Virus record (IMG/VR): IMGVR_UViG_3300037796_000233 | Span: 1-54,354 of that record | Strand: one strand, 5' to 3' | Origin: a virus | Lineage: Duplodnaviria > Caudoviricetes | DNA: 54,354 nt | Notes under the pieces: model-generated | Database searches by the model: none | Seen by the model: only the letters and a program-made list of their open reading frames with translations | What the model was told of the DNA's origin: nothing | Part shown: positions 45,820 through 54,354 of the stretch, one piece after another | Numbering within the stretch: the first letter of the stretch is position 1 | Layout: each line of letters opens with the position of its first letter | Translations under genes and position numbers: made by a program

Positions 45820-45915
45820 TTCGTTTTCCTTTCAGTTGGGATGGGATGTCCCGCCCCGGTTTCGGTTTATGCGTTCTTAATTTCCAATATAGGGTATTTT
45901 TGATCCAAAGTCAAG
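45820..45915 (-). promoter_or_regulatory. Sigma70-type early promoter plus leader repeat
   Basis: TTGACT(45914-45909)-17-TATATT(45891-45886), then GCATAAACCGAAACC-hairpin-AAAGGA. Confidence 0.85.
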
Positions 45916-45920
45916 AGGTT

Positions 45921-46259
45921 TTAAAGCCCCACCAAACTTAAGGCGCATTTGGTAGAGCAAACTGGAAATTTTCCGCACATTTTACTTTCGCTTTCAGGCA
46001 TTACCTTTCCGCACTCTTCGCAAGTTACAAAACCATCGAATTCAGCATAAATACCGTGACCCTTTGATGGAAATTGTTTCGCGGATGGATCATAAATAGA
46101 GCCATCCTCCCTTTTCGTCCACCAATGTTGTTCCTCCTTATTCCATATCGGGTCAAAATAATATCCCCTAACGAGAATCAATGATGGGTCCGATTTAATC
46201 GCTTGGTCACATAACTCTTTACATCTTCCCCTATACTTTAAATAATCGCTTTGGCTCAT
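45921..46259 (-). CDS. Hypothetical protein with a C-terminal zinc finger
   Basis: LVRG..HWW....G.IYDP...QF and CEEC..CS.KC. Confidence 0.6.
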   Translation of the reverse strand: MSQSDYLKYRGRCKELCDQAIKSDPSLILVRGYYFDPIWNKEEQHWWTKREDGSIYDPSAKQFPSKGHGIYAEFDGFVTCEECGKVMPESESKMCGKFPVCSTKCALSLVGL

Positions 46260-46260
46260 T

Positions 46261-46740
46261 TTATCCCTTATTTTTTAGTTCATTAAAAAGTCGTTTCAAA
46301 AAATAAAAAGAATCACTGAAGGCATTATTGTTATTAGTCTTTCTTGATCCTGCCACATTCAAAACCCTTATACCGTTAAGCCGTCTTCTGGCCCGAATTA
46401 AAGCCCTTTCGTCCAACTCTCCAGACATCATAAAAATAAGGGGTTTCACCGCATATTTCTTACAGGCTTTAATGGTACAAACTGTCCCACGGCTTTCCAG
46501 GTCATAAGTAAGGATAAGAGTTGCCCCGGCTGTCTGGACGTTCTTATATGTGCGGATTGCATAAGATTTCGTTTTCAACGGAATCAAACCAAACCTTTCC
46601 CCCAACGAAGGCATCGGACCCTCATTGGTCATAAAATCCTTTGTGATATATCCGCCCGTTTTAAGTCCAACCTCCCTGGCCGCAAAAAGAGCAGCTTGGT
46701 CCACTCCAGTTTGTCCGCCCGATTGAATCTTGATCGCCAT
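46261..46740 (-). CDS. Circularly permuted YpsA SLOG-family protein (often annotated 'molybdenum carrier')
   Basis: KIQSGGQTGVDQAAL, Y..RT.KNV, SRGT..T and VLNVAG.R motifs. Confidence 0.8.
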   Translation of the reverse strand: MAIKIQSGGQTGVDQAALFAAREVGLKTGGYITKDFMTNEGPMPSLGERFGLIPLKTKSYAIRTYKNVQTAGATLILTYDLESRGTVCTIKACKKYAVKPLIFMMSGELDERALIRARRRLNGIRVLNVAGSRKTNNNNAFSDSFYFLKRLFNELKNKG

Positions 46741-46748
46741 ACCTTCTC

Positions 46749-47660
46749 CTATACGTCCACACCGACCATCCGCTTTATTTGTCTAACTTGCTTCATTTTA
46801 AGGTCTGCTGGGTCCCCTTCGTACAACTCCAAAACCTCCGCATGCGGAACAAATCCAGACAAGTATTCAGCCAATTTTATCGCTCTTTTTGTCGCTTCTG
46901 GTCCGGAATCATACAAAATATAATATTCATCAACGCCAGCATTCTTTAAAAGCCTTATTTGGTCCGGTGTGAATACGGTTCCGAGTGTTCCCACTACGTT
47001 TTTGGGGCCAAATCGCCAGGTATCCAAAAGCCCTTCTGTAACAAAGGCTTTATTGCCAAATACGTTATCGATATTGTATACAGTCTCCCTAACAGGAACA
47101 ATTGACTCTTCGTTTGGTAAGTTTGTATATTTTGTGTTAAAATTCCTTGTTGCGTCTGCACCGATAAAAGAAACCATTTCACCGCGCAAAAAAACCGGAA
47201 CAATTATCCGAAATCTCCAATGGCCAAAAGTCTGACCAAACATTAAACCGTATGTTTTTATTGTTTCTTTTGGTTTAAAACGTCTTTCTCTCAAATACTT
47301 TATATGACGCTTTAAAGGTTGACTCGTTATCTCTATTGGGATTTTAAGTGAAGATGCCCTCTTTCTCCCTTTCTCAACCGGAATTGGATCTAAATCGGAA
47401 AACCTTTCCGCTATTCTAAATGCTTCACGCCACTCGACTTCCTCCAACTCTCGAATGAGTTTAACTATGCCGCCCCGTTCTCCGCAAATCCAACAACTAA
47501 ATCTTTCCTGCGGCGATATACCCAGGTGATTGTTTCCGGAATAGTCATGATCACCGCAGAAAGGACACTCTATATTAACCCAACCTCTTGATACGTTGCG
47601 CCCACTCGTGAAATAATTTATCCCTCTATCTTGAAGGTATTTTATCGAATCAAATGACAT
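46749..47660 (-). CDS. DNA primase (zinc finger + TOPRIM)
   Basis: CPFC..HLG..CWICG, RIIVP, VTEG..D, ILYD and GDP motifs. Confidence 0.85.
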   Translation of the reverse strand: MSFDSIKYLQDRGINYFTSGRNVSRGWVNIECPFCGDHDYSGNNHLGISPQERFSCWICGERGGIVKLIRELEEVEWREAFRIAERFSDLDPIPVEKGRKRASSLKIPIEITSQPLKRHIKYLRERRFKPKETIKTYGLMFGQTFGHWRFRIIVPVFLRGEMVSFIGADATRNFNTKYTNLPNEESIVPVRETVYNIDNVFGNKAFVTEGLLDTWRFGPKNVVGTLGTVFTPDQIRLLKNAGVDEYYILYDSGPEATKRAIKLAEYLSGFVPHAEVLELYEGDPADLKMKQVRQIKRMVGVDV

Positions 47661-48510
47661 TTTCGATCTTTAATGACTTGGTAATTTCTCTTTCTCTCGC
47701 AAGCACTTCTTTCCTCTTTTCCTTGTTCAAAAAACAACCGATTTCCTCCCTCAATTTTTTCAACAAAAGAAAGGGATCAACCGATTCAATTTCAAAAGAC
47801 ATTAGACCAAACTTTTTTCTGAATTCCCCGCACATAACGGCTTTTGGATAAGGAATAAGAGAAAATTCACGCCCATCGCTTTCGTTGACTAAAAGTTTTT
47901 TTATCGTAAAAACACTACAAGGAAGGATATCTTCAAGTGAAAGCCTTACCGAATTATAAACTTTTGGTCCAAATTCGTCGAAATCTCCAAGGAACAAAAC
48001 GAATGTTGATTGCCCCTTTTCTTTGGATCTCCTTACAAACCGCCTTCCTGCACTCCATATTTCCGCTTTCGTCGGTTCCCCGTAAGTAAAAAAACAATCA
48101 ACATCTAATTCCCGGAATAACCAAGGAGCAAGTCCAAAAATCGGTTTCTCTATCCATATTTCAGGCCTAATCGTTTGGTTTTCCCATCTATCTAATCGAA
48201 ATTTATTGAAATCACACTTTCTACCTGTTTCGTCAAATAAAAATCCGTTTGTTTCTCTTGGAACCCTTTGATTTATAAGGTTTTCCCTCTCAAATTCGTT
48301 GTGAAAAAACACTTCTTTTAGTTCTCCCTCGAACAAAGAAAGACTTCTCAAATGGTTCTTTATTATTCCAGCTTTGACCGCGAGATAATAAAGTTGTCGC
48401 AAGGACAATTTAAGACCTTGTTTTTCATACTTCTCCATAATGTCTTGCGTGTCATTTATCCTTCTGAGCGAATCTGGAGGAAACCTTTTTTGTAAGGCCA
48501 TTAAAGCCAA
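47650..48510 (-). CDS. TopoVI-A/Spo11-like TOPRIM-domain protein
   Basis: SLRQLYY, EIWIEK and FLGDFD..G motifs. Confidence 0.65.
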   Translation of the reverse strand: MALMALQKRFPPDSLRRINDTQDIMEKYEKQGLKLSLRQLYYLAVKAGIIKNHLRSLSLFEGELKEVFFHNEFERENLINQRVPRETNGFLFDETGRKCDFNKFRLDRWENQTIRPEIWIEKPIFGLAPWLFRELDVDCFFTYGEPTKAEIWSAGRRFVRRSKEKGQSTFVLFLGDFDEFGPKVYNSVRLSLEDILPCSVFTIKKLLVNESDGREFSLIPYPKAVMCGEFRKKFGLMSFEIESVDPFLLLKKLREEIGCFLNKEKRKEVLAREREITKSLKIENVI

Positions 48511-50030
48511 CCTTCCCTTTTATAGATTTTAATCCTTTCAACTGTATGCTCGGCCAAATATCGATATGGGTCCAAAAAATCGATTATTTTAACGGTTGTT
48601 TTTCCTTCGGATATCCTAAGACCACGCCCAACTGCTTGCAACGTCCCGATCTCGGATTTGCCGCCACAAGCGTTTATGACATTTCCCAAACTCTTAATGT
48701 TGGCCCCTTCCCTCCATATATCCGAACAAATCACCACTTTTATTATACCGTCTTCAAGGTCTTTTTTAATGCTTTCACGCCTTTTGGACCCTTCCAAAAA
48801 TCTCCGTGCTATTTTTACTTCCTCTGAATTCTCTATTTCTCTATTTCGTCTTGTTATCTCTGCTTCTATCCTTTCTCTTTTTGCCTCCGATCCCGTGGTC
48901 ATCTTCTTGGCGTGAAGTTCCTTTAAAGGGTTTTTCATTTCCTTGATTGCGGCGTTTATCTCCGTTGGTGGTCCGGCTGATAAAACTTCGTGCTCGATAT
49001 CTTGACCGATCAACAATTCAGAAAGAAGTATTCCATGCCTGATGCTTTTTATCATGATCAAAACGGTCTCATCGTTACGCAATGCCAAAATCGTTTCTCT
49101 CACAATAATTCGATTTCGGGTTTTGTTTTCAACTATTCCAGCATTATAAACGTCTTGATATTTTATAGTTCGTTGAATCTTTGCGTCTGTATGAACCGAC
49201 TTTAAAACAATAATAGGGCGGGCAATCATCCCCTTTTCCACCGCTTCGCTTATACTAACTTTATTAATAACCGGACCCAAAACCCCTTCTATGGTTAACG
49301 CCCTTTCTTTTTGCTTTTCTTCATCTGGCAAGGTAGCAGTAAGACCCACCTTAACCGGCGCAAGGGAATAACTCAAAACCCTTTCATAACTTTTAGATCC
49401 AGCGTGATGGGTTTCGTCTACTAAAACAACGTCAAAATAATCCATCCAAACATCTTCGTGTATATTGGAAAAAGTCTGGATCATAGCCACTACAACTTCC
49501 CCGTCAAGGTCTTTCGCCCCATCCCCTATTTTACAAATATCGTTAAAGCCAAACCCTTCCAATTCTGAAGCTGTTTGATGTAAAAGGGTTTTTGTATGAA
49601 CCAAAACCAAACGCCGTTTTCCGGGAAAACAAGAAAGAATACCGGCTGAAACCACCGTCTTTCCGGATGCAGTTGGGTGATGAATAATACCTCTTTTTTG
49701 TTTCGTAACTGCTTCTATTGCGGCCTTTTGTTCTGGATGAAAGGTTATCCCTTCAATAAATGGTTCTCTTGGCGTAGGGGCATCTTTTCTGTTTTCTACG
49801 TCTGGTTCAATATCCCTACCTTTAAGCCCATCTAAAACCCTTGGGATGAACCCGGCCAAAAAATATCCGTCTTTCAACAAAAAGGATTTCTTGGTGGCCT
49901 TCCTATGTTTGCGGAATTGACCTTGAATCCAAAATTCCGAATCAAAAGAAAGAATTTCTTTGATATACGGCCAAAGGTCTTTCGATGCCAGCGCAAAAGT
50001 ATCAACTACCTTTATTGAATTCTCTTTCAC
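48501..50030 (-). CDS. Superfamily II helicase (UvsW-like)
   Basis: PTASGKT, VDETHH, GLTAT, EGANI and QAVGRGLR motifs. Confidence 0.9.
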   Translation of the reverse strand: MKENSIKVVDTFALASKDLWPYIKEILSFDSEFWIQGQFRKHRKATKKSFLLKDGYFLAGFIPRVLDGLKGRDIEPDVENRKDAPTPREPFIEGITFHPEQKAAIEAVTKQKRGIIHHPTASGKTVVSAGILSCFPGKRRLVLVHTKTLLHQTASELEGFGFNDICKIGDGAKDLDGEVVVAMIQTFSNIHEDVWMDYFDVVLVDETHHAGSKSYERVLSYSLAPVKVGLTATLPDEEKQKERALTIEGVLGPVINKVSISEAVEKGMIARPIIVLKSVHTDAKIQRTIKYQDVYNAGIVENKTRNRIIVRETILALRNDETVLIMIKSIRHGILLSELLIGQDIEHEVLSAGPPTEINAAIKEMKNPLKELHAKKMTTGSEAKRERIEAEITRRNREIENSEEVKIARRFLEGSKRRESIKKDLEDGIIKVVICSDIWREGANIKSLGNVINACGGKSEIGTLQAVGRGLRISEGKTTVKIIDFLDPYRYLAEHTVERIKIYKREGWL

Positions 50031-50257
50031 CCGTCTATCTCCGATATTGCGGCCAAAAGGGCTTCGTTTGGGGTTTCACCTTTTCCGGTTTTAAGCCTGC
50101 CGCCCTCTACGTGTTGAATTCCTGCTTCCCAAATTAATGGTTTGTGTTTCTCTCCGACCAGGCCTGCTCTTGTGTGTAAGTGATAAAGCTCGTGTAAGAA
50201 CCAATTGTCAGGGATAACCGAAAAGTCAACCTTTAGATCAATATCGTCTTTTACCAT
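50027..50257 (-). CDS. Hypothetical protein
   Basis: 76 aa, overlaps neighbours; G.TP.EAL..A motif. Confidence 0.5.
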   Translation of the reverse strand: MVKDDIDLKVDFSVIPDNWFLHELYHLHTRAGLVGEKHKPLIWEAGIQHVEGGRLKTGKGETPNEALLAAISEIDG

Positions 50258-50589
50258 GCCTTCAACTCCCTTACTCCATTCAAAGTAGGAGCATAAAAAG
50301 CAAAACTTTCCATAGGGCTTTCCATTTCTTCCAGATCAAAAATAATCCCTCCAGCCTTTCTGATCTCCGCTTCCATATTGTCGAAATATTCGGTTTTAAC
50401 GTAAAACTTGAAGGCAAGCCCGTGTCCGATCTCAAAGCCATCCGGAATTTTATCTTCATCGAAATATTCGCCTTCAATCTCATACCCTTTACACCAAAAG
50501 AGTATTTTTTGAAGATCTTTAATTGTCGCCACTTCAGGCAACAAAAAATTGCCCCTTATCCGTTCCATTCGACACACCCTTTCATCCAA
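50251..50589 (-). CDS. Hypothetical protein
   Basis: ORF tiling the operon; start uncertain. Confidence 0.5.
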   Translation of the reverse strand: MDERVCRMERIRGNFLLPEVATIKDLQKILFWCKGYEIEGEYFDEDKIPDGFEIGHGLAFKFYVKTEYFDNMEAEIRKAGGIIFDLEEMESPMESFAFYAPTLNGVRELKAW

Positions 50590-50900
50590 AGCTCAAACTC
50601 TATTTCTTTTTGATCTGGCGGTCTAAAGAAAACTTCACCCGGTTCGCCCGTAACCTTATAAACGTGATTACAGCCGGCGAAAAAGATTTCATATCGAGCA
50701 CCTGGTTTAACAAGGGTTTCCCTTTTACAAAACGTACAAAAAACCCCTTCTATTTCATCATCAGGCACTTCGTACCTTCCCACGTCCGCACCCGGTCTTG
50801 GAAAAACCGCCCCTGTGCACCAACGCCAGCCGTTTGATACTCTTATCCAATACCCTCCTGAATAACTGTGCGCCTTTGTGCCCAAGGGATAATCGTACAT
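50556..50900 (-). CDS. Hypothetical protein
   Basis: 114 aa with RBS; Trp/Cys-rich. Confidence 0.5.
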   Translation of the reverse strand: MYDYPLGTKAHSYSGGYWIRVSNGWRWCTGAVFPRPGADVGRYEVPDDEIEGVFCTFCKRETLVKPGARYEIFFAGCNHVYKVTGEPGEVFFRPPDQKEIEFELWMKGCVEWNG

Positions 50901-50901
50901 T

Positions 50902-51150
50902 TCAACCTTCCTTTCCGTCTCTTTCCATTCGCTCTTTTATATCCTTCAAAACGATTTTGGCATGCTGTCGGCAAAACGCACCATCTGGTCCATGCCCCGA
51001 CTTTCTAAGGCATTGACTTGAAATAAAACCACCAACCCGCAAAACCTTATAGGCGCACTTTTCTGGATTATAAGATTTCCCTTTTGGTTCACCCGACCAA
51101 ACACCATATCGCCACGTTTTCGCTTCCTCTTTTGATTTCGGATACCTCAC
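50902..51150 (-). CDS. Small Cys/His protein
   Basis: C..QC.RK.GHGP..FCRQH motif. Confidence 0.55.
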   Translation of the reverse strand: MRYPKSKEEAKTWRYGVWSGEPKGKSYNPEKCAYKVLRVGGFISSQCLRKSGHGPDGAFCRQHAKIVLKDIKERMERDGKEG

Positions 51151-51584
51151 TTGATCCGTCTCCTTTTCTTGGTAAACACCAAGCCTTCTCTCGATCTTAG
51201 CTTGGGTTTTGTTTCCGGTTTTGATTTCGGTTCCGGCTCAACCATCCGGCCCAAATCGAAATATTTTGAATTAACAAACGAATAAATTTCTTGAATTATT
51301 CGTATTGCTTCTTGTCTCCCAACTTCCCTTTCGAGATAGATAAGGATTTTTACTTTTGCGTCAGAACTAATCCTTGAAGTTGGAGTCAAAACCCCTTCTA
51401 TTTCTTCTGTTTGATAAACTATCTTTTGTATTGTTTCTTTGGCCTTTCCGGAAAGACTATCCCAAAGAAATCGCTTTATTGTTGCCTCTTCAGGTCCGTC
51501 TTCTTTTTCTGAAAGCACAACATCGTCTATATCACTAAAGGCCTGACCGCTCACGATTAAATAAGCAATCTCAATATCATCCAT
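51147..51584 (-). CDS. Hypothetical protein
   Basis: Start probably ATG 51584 (MDDIEI) after GAAAGGGA. Confidence 0.5.
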   Translation of the reverse strand: MDDIEIAYLIVSGQAFSDIDDVVLSEKEDGPEEATIKRFLWDSLSGKAKETIQKIVYQTEEIEGVLTPTSRISSDAKVKILIYLEREVGRQEAIRIIQEIYSFVNSKYFDLGRMVEPEPKSKPETKPKLRSREGLVFTKKRRRIK

Positions 51585-51816
51585 TCTGTTCCCTTTCTTT
51601 TGCCCGTCTCTGGGCTTCAAGACGTTTTTGTTTGGTCCTTCTAAACCTTCTAAACTGCTTCATTTTAACCCTTTCGAGCCAAAGTTCAGCAATGATCATC
51701 CAATCTTCTTTAATCCCTCCTTTTTTTCTTTTGGCCATTTTCTCCGCAATAGACGCATCAATCATTGCTGATTCAAGTTCCGTAAATTCCCAATCTTGCT
51801 CCAATTTTTCATCCAA
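51577..51816 (-). CDS. Hypothetical protein
   Basis: 79-aa ORF tiling the operon. Confidence 0.45.
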   Translation of the reverse strand: MDEKLEQDWEFTELESAMIDASIAEKMAKRKKGGIKEDWMIIAELWLERVKMKQFRRFRRTKQKRLEAQRRAKEREQNG

Positions 51817-51819
51817 AAC

Positions 51820-52119
51820 TTACCCTTTCTCAAGTCGAAATTTTCCTTTGTTCAACTTTGTAATATAAAGGGTGACGACTTTCCGCTTGCCGTCGTCTAT
51901 GACCACTATAAACAAAAACCCTCGAAAGTAATAAGGTTCAATCTCCTTAAATCCAGTTTTTATCATTCTGGTAACGAGCCAATCTGGTCTCGCTTCCAAT
52001 GGTTCCGCTTTTCCTAAAAGGTTTTGTATTTTTTCCGCAACCTCCTTGTCGCCTTTTTTGCTTCCGGTCCATTCCCGAAAGCGTTGAATGGCATGATCTG
52101 TGACTATAACCTCTTCCAC
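51820..52119 (-). CDS. Small protein, possibly RelE/BECR-fold
   Basis: VIVTDHAIQRF...VVTL pattern; AGGAGG RBS. Confidence 0.5.
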   Translation of the reverse strand: MEEVIVTDHAIQRFREWTGSKKGDKEVAEKIQNLLGKAEPLEARPDWLVTRMIKTGFKEIEPYYFRGFLFIVVIDDGKRKVVTLYITKLNKGKFRLEKG

Positions 52120-52136
52120 CTGAAATCCCTCCTTGT

Positions 52137-52391
52137 TTATAAATCAAATTTGCGGTATTTAATTAAACGTAAATTTAGTTCGTGTTCCCGGATACCAACA
52201 ATGCACAATTCGTCTTCACCATCCCATGAAACGCCCTTCAGAGAAAAATCCTTTCCCTCAATAAAAACCGGGCAAGTATACGGACCAAATTTCCTGCGAA
52301 TAATCTCCTTTCTTTTTAATCTTGCATTGGCTTTGGCCCTTTTAATCCTATCCAGCCTTGCCCTTTCCGCTTTTTTTGATCTTCTCTTCAT
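52137..52391 (-). CDS. Small basic protein
   Basis: 84 aa, AAAGGAG RBS. Confidence 0.55.
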   Translation of the reverse strand: MKRRSKKAERARLDRIKRAKANARLKRKEIIRRKFGPYTCPVFIEGKDFSLKGVSWDGEDELCIVGIREHELNLRLIKYRKFDL

Positions 52392-52403
52392 TCCAATCTC
52401 CTT

Positions 52404-52637
52404 TCATTCGATAACATCGATAAGTTTAGTTTCAACCAAAAGGTTGATTCGTTCTTGGTTCTCCATTCTCTCGAATTCCCAAAACGAAATCTTTCCTGTT
52501 TCTATCTCCAATGGAAAGTGTTTCTCAAACGCATAAGGGTTTATTTTCATATCCGAAAACCGCCCGCAAGCCGGACAAAACAACCGCCCTTTTTTTACCG
52601 CTATATCAACATGGGCCAAAAAATTACAATGAGCCAT
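52404..52637 (-). CDS. Small zinc-binding protein
   Basis: CPACG motif; follows the leader hairpin repeat. Confidence 0.6.
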   Translation of the reverse strand: MAHCNFLAHVDIAVKKGRLFCPACGRFSDMKINPYAFEKHFPLEIETGKISFWEFERMENQERINLLVETKLIDVIE

Positions 52638-52685
52638 TTTGATCTCCCTTCGGTGGGGCGGTCCCGGTTCCCCGGTTCCGCCCCG
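52638..52685 (-). repeat. Leader repeat hairpin, lacking the ACCGAAACC head
   Basis: CGGGGCGGAACCGGGGAACCGGGACCGCCCCACCGAAGGGAGA identical to the 41.3-kb copy. Confidence 0.85.
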
Positions 52686-52692
52686 TTAGGAT

Positions 52693-53670
52693 TTATTGAA
52701 TCCGCTTCCTGATAGAAACCTTTTGAAACGCACCCAAACGTCTTAACTCTGGCCGTTCAAACTGCGATCTCGACAAAATATAATCCGATGCGGTCTGCGC
52801 CTTTCCTACTGCCTGGACAAACTCTACGCTATTCAACTTGATAAACTTGAGCCAGCCCTTAACGTAAGCTGCGGCGTTTTTGAGGTCATTATCTATCCCT
52901 AAAACGCCGCAAATAAACGCGCTTGAAATCTCCGCTATCAACTCTTCAAAAGAATAGGATTCAGATCCAAAACCCGAAACCCCTATGTCCCTTTTAAGTC
53001 GATCTTGATGCCCTGTAGAATGAGATATTTCATGGAAATATGTATCAAAGAAATCCGCCGTTGAATCAAAATCCTTTTCAAAGGGCATTTGAATAAAATC
53101 AAAAAAAGGCGAATAGCAAGCCCTATTTCCGCCAAATCGAGTGTCAGGCAATTCTGAATAGGTTTCCAAAACCATGCGCGCCCGTCTTTCCCAAGCAGGC
53201 ATGACCTCTTCTACCTCTTCCGGTTCCGTTATTTCTTCCGGTTCCGTTTCCAACTCTGAAAGCCGTTTGTGCTTAATATCGTTTACTTGATCTGTATTCC
53301 AAACTTCGTAAATACGAAGAAAGGGCACGGTGCGTTCTTTTGTCTCTCCGTTTTTCCCTTCCTTTTCTTTCTTGATGAATTTGGTGAACAGGATAGTTTC
53401 CGGCTTTCCCGTGACAGTTCCACCGCAACTCTCTGCCTGTTTTGCCGTCACCCAATAAGGGGATTGATATTTGGACCCGGAAAGAATGAGGCGATTTATG
53501 CCCCTGTAGGGTTTTCCGCTGATGAGGTTTTTCGGTGAGTTAAGAAAAATGGCGTGTTCCATCGAACCATTGGAAACTTTCCAGGGTTTCCTCCAGGGCA
53601 AAACCCCTTCTTGTTCTATGGTTTCGATAATCCGTTGAGAAATCCTTTTGTAGATTTCTTCTTGGTTCAT
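52693..53670 (-). CDS. ardC: ArdC-like antirestriction protein (ssDNA-binding domain + zincin metallopeptidase)
   Basis: LPWRKPW, YRGIN, W.T.KQA..GG.V, ACYSP..D.I.MP, HEISHSTGH..RL and YSFEELIAE motifs. Confidence 0.9.
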   Translation of the reverse strand: MNQEEIYKRISQRIIETIEQEGVLPWRKPWKVSNGSMEHAIFLNSPKNLISGKPYRGINRLILSGSKYQSPYWVTAKQAESCGGTVTGKPETILFTKFIKKEKEGKNGETKERTVPFLRIYEVWNTDQVNDIKHKRLSELETEPEEITEPEEVEEVMPAWERRARMVLETYSELPDTRFGGNRACYSPFFDFIQMPFEKDFDSTADFFDTYFHEISHSTGHQDRLKRDIGVSGFGSESYSFEELIAEISSAFICGVLGIDNDLKNAAAYVKGWLKFIKLNSVEFVQAVGKAQTASDYILSRSQFERPELRRLGAFQKVSIRKRIQ

Positions 53671-53763
53671 TTGTTTCTCCTTTCGGGTGGCCGCCTGGCC
53701 GGTTAAGGGTTAAAATTTTCTGACTTTCGATTCAAGGATACCTCTATTTTTATAAAAAGTAAA
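53671..53763 (-). promoter_or_regulatory. Sigma70-like promoter and partial leader repeat for ardC
   Basis: TTTACT(53763-53758)-17-TATCCT(53740-53735); CCACCCGAAAGGAGAAACAA shared with the 40.5- and 43.2-kb leaders. Confidence 0.65.
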
Positions 53764-53850
53764 ATCCGGTTAAACATAACTACAAACAAATATAGATCGC
53801 TTTACGACTAAATCCCCTTTTTTCTCCTTTTTTCTTGGTTTTTCGTCAAA

Positions 53851-54093
53851 TTAACCTTTCATGCCTAAAACAACCATATCTGGCGTTTGAATAATCCGTA
53901 AGCGGTCTGCCTCTACTTCCATCAAGTCCCCGTTTTCTAACTCAACAAGGGCGGCAATGGAAAAACCGTCTTGAGCGTTACCGATCTGGCCTATATAATG
54001 CACTTTTACCATTGGCACCCCATCGGGATCATCCGTCTTTTTATGATCCCTGAATAAAAGGGCTATCGTTGCTGCTTGATGTTGGTCTATCAT
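53851..54093 (-). CDS. Hypothetical protein
   Basis: 80 aa, AAGGAG RBS. Confidence 0.55.
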   Translation of the reverse strand: MIDQHQAATIALLFRDHKKTDDPDGVPMVKVHYIGQIGNAQDGFSIAALVELENGDLMEVEADRLRIIQTPDMVVLGMKG

Positions 54094-54094
54094 T

Positions 54095-54352
54095 TTATCT
54101 CCTTACCTCTACCATTTTATGAATACCGTTCCGGTAACGCAACTCTGTAAACCGGCTTGTGCGGGAAACGACCGTTGCGTGTCCCTTGTCAACTATCCGT
54201 TTTATCCAAACCTCTGTGCGCTTTATTGGTTCATCTTTTATCAAATCGTAATCGCAATCAGCGCAACGGGTTTCGCCGTCAGTAAACCAGTCACCACAAT
54301 ATGGACAGCGCCACGCCCTTTTCCCTCTTGCCGGTCCAACTATAAAGTCTTT
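54095..54352 (-). CDS. Partial zinc-ribbon protein (5' truncated)
   Basis: ..WRCPYCG..RCADCDY..VEVRR*, open to the window edge; not in the ORF track. Confidence 0.6.
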   Translation of the reverse strand, partial: KDFIVGPARGKRAWRCPYCGDWFTDGETRCADCDYDLIKDEPIKRTEVWIKRIVDKGHATVVSRTSRFTELRYRNGIHKMVEVRR

Positions 54353-54354
54353 AT

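Noticed and set aside
40205-45915. Leader repeats as a CRISPR array or integron attC sites
   Set aside because: Spacing is gene-sized and irregular, the repeats contain promoters and RBSs, attC core boxes are not evident, and no cas or integrase gene is present
51147-51584. Possible sigma-factor region-4-like late regulator
   Set aside because: Only a faint PEE...LS..AK pattern with no region 2; cannot be supported without a profile search
341-53538. Numerous plus-strand ORFs in the track
   Set aside because: They overlap better-supported minus-strand genes and show no recognisable motifs

Overview
This is a 54-kb segment of a tailed dsDNA phage or prophage, siphovirus-like (tail tube, frameshifted chaperone and tape measure, no sheath). 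No integrase, tRNA or CRISPR is visible. Almost every gene is on the minus strand, so the order below runs right to left. (1) Early/replication region, 54.3-40.0 kb: ArdC, SF2 helicase, TOPRIM protein, primase, cpYpsA-type SLOG protein, amidoligase and many small genes, arranged in cassettes headed by repeated sigma70-like promoters and a repeated ACCGAAACC-hairpin-RBS leader. (2) Packaging region: terS, MazG-like protein, a catalytically degenerate ThyX, a muramidase, a GGQ release-factor-like protein, terL and portal. (3) Head genes: a MuF-ADP-ribosyltransferase fusion, scaffold and N4-gp56-like major capsid protein. (4) Neck and tail genes. The standout feature is two glycan-building modules embedded in the virion operon. 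One is a GT9-GT2-GT2 protein plus a double acyltransferase just after the capsid genes. The other lies in the tail module: a protein ending in about 119 aa of Ser-Gly repeats, followed directly by a glycosyltransferase-sulfotransferase fusion, a second GT and a Stealth-like phosphotransferase. This suggests a phage-encoded, proteoglycan-like sulfated virion coat (inference). A second non-coding repeat family includes a perfect 63-bp inverted repeat whose copies are 32 kb apart. It precedes late genes, but two copies point antisense. All product calls come from motif recognition by eye; no database searches were run.
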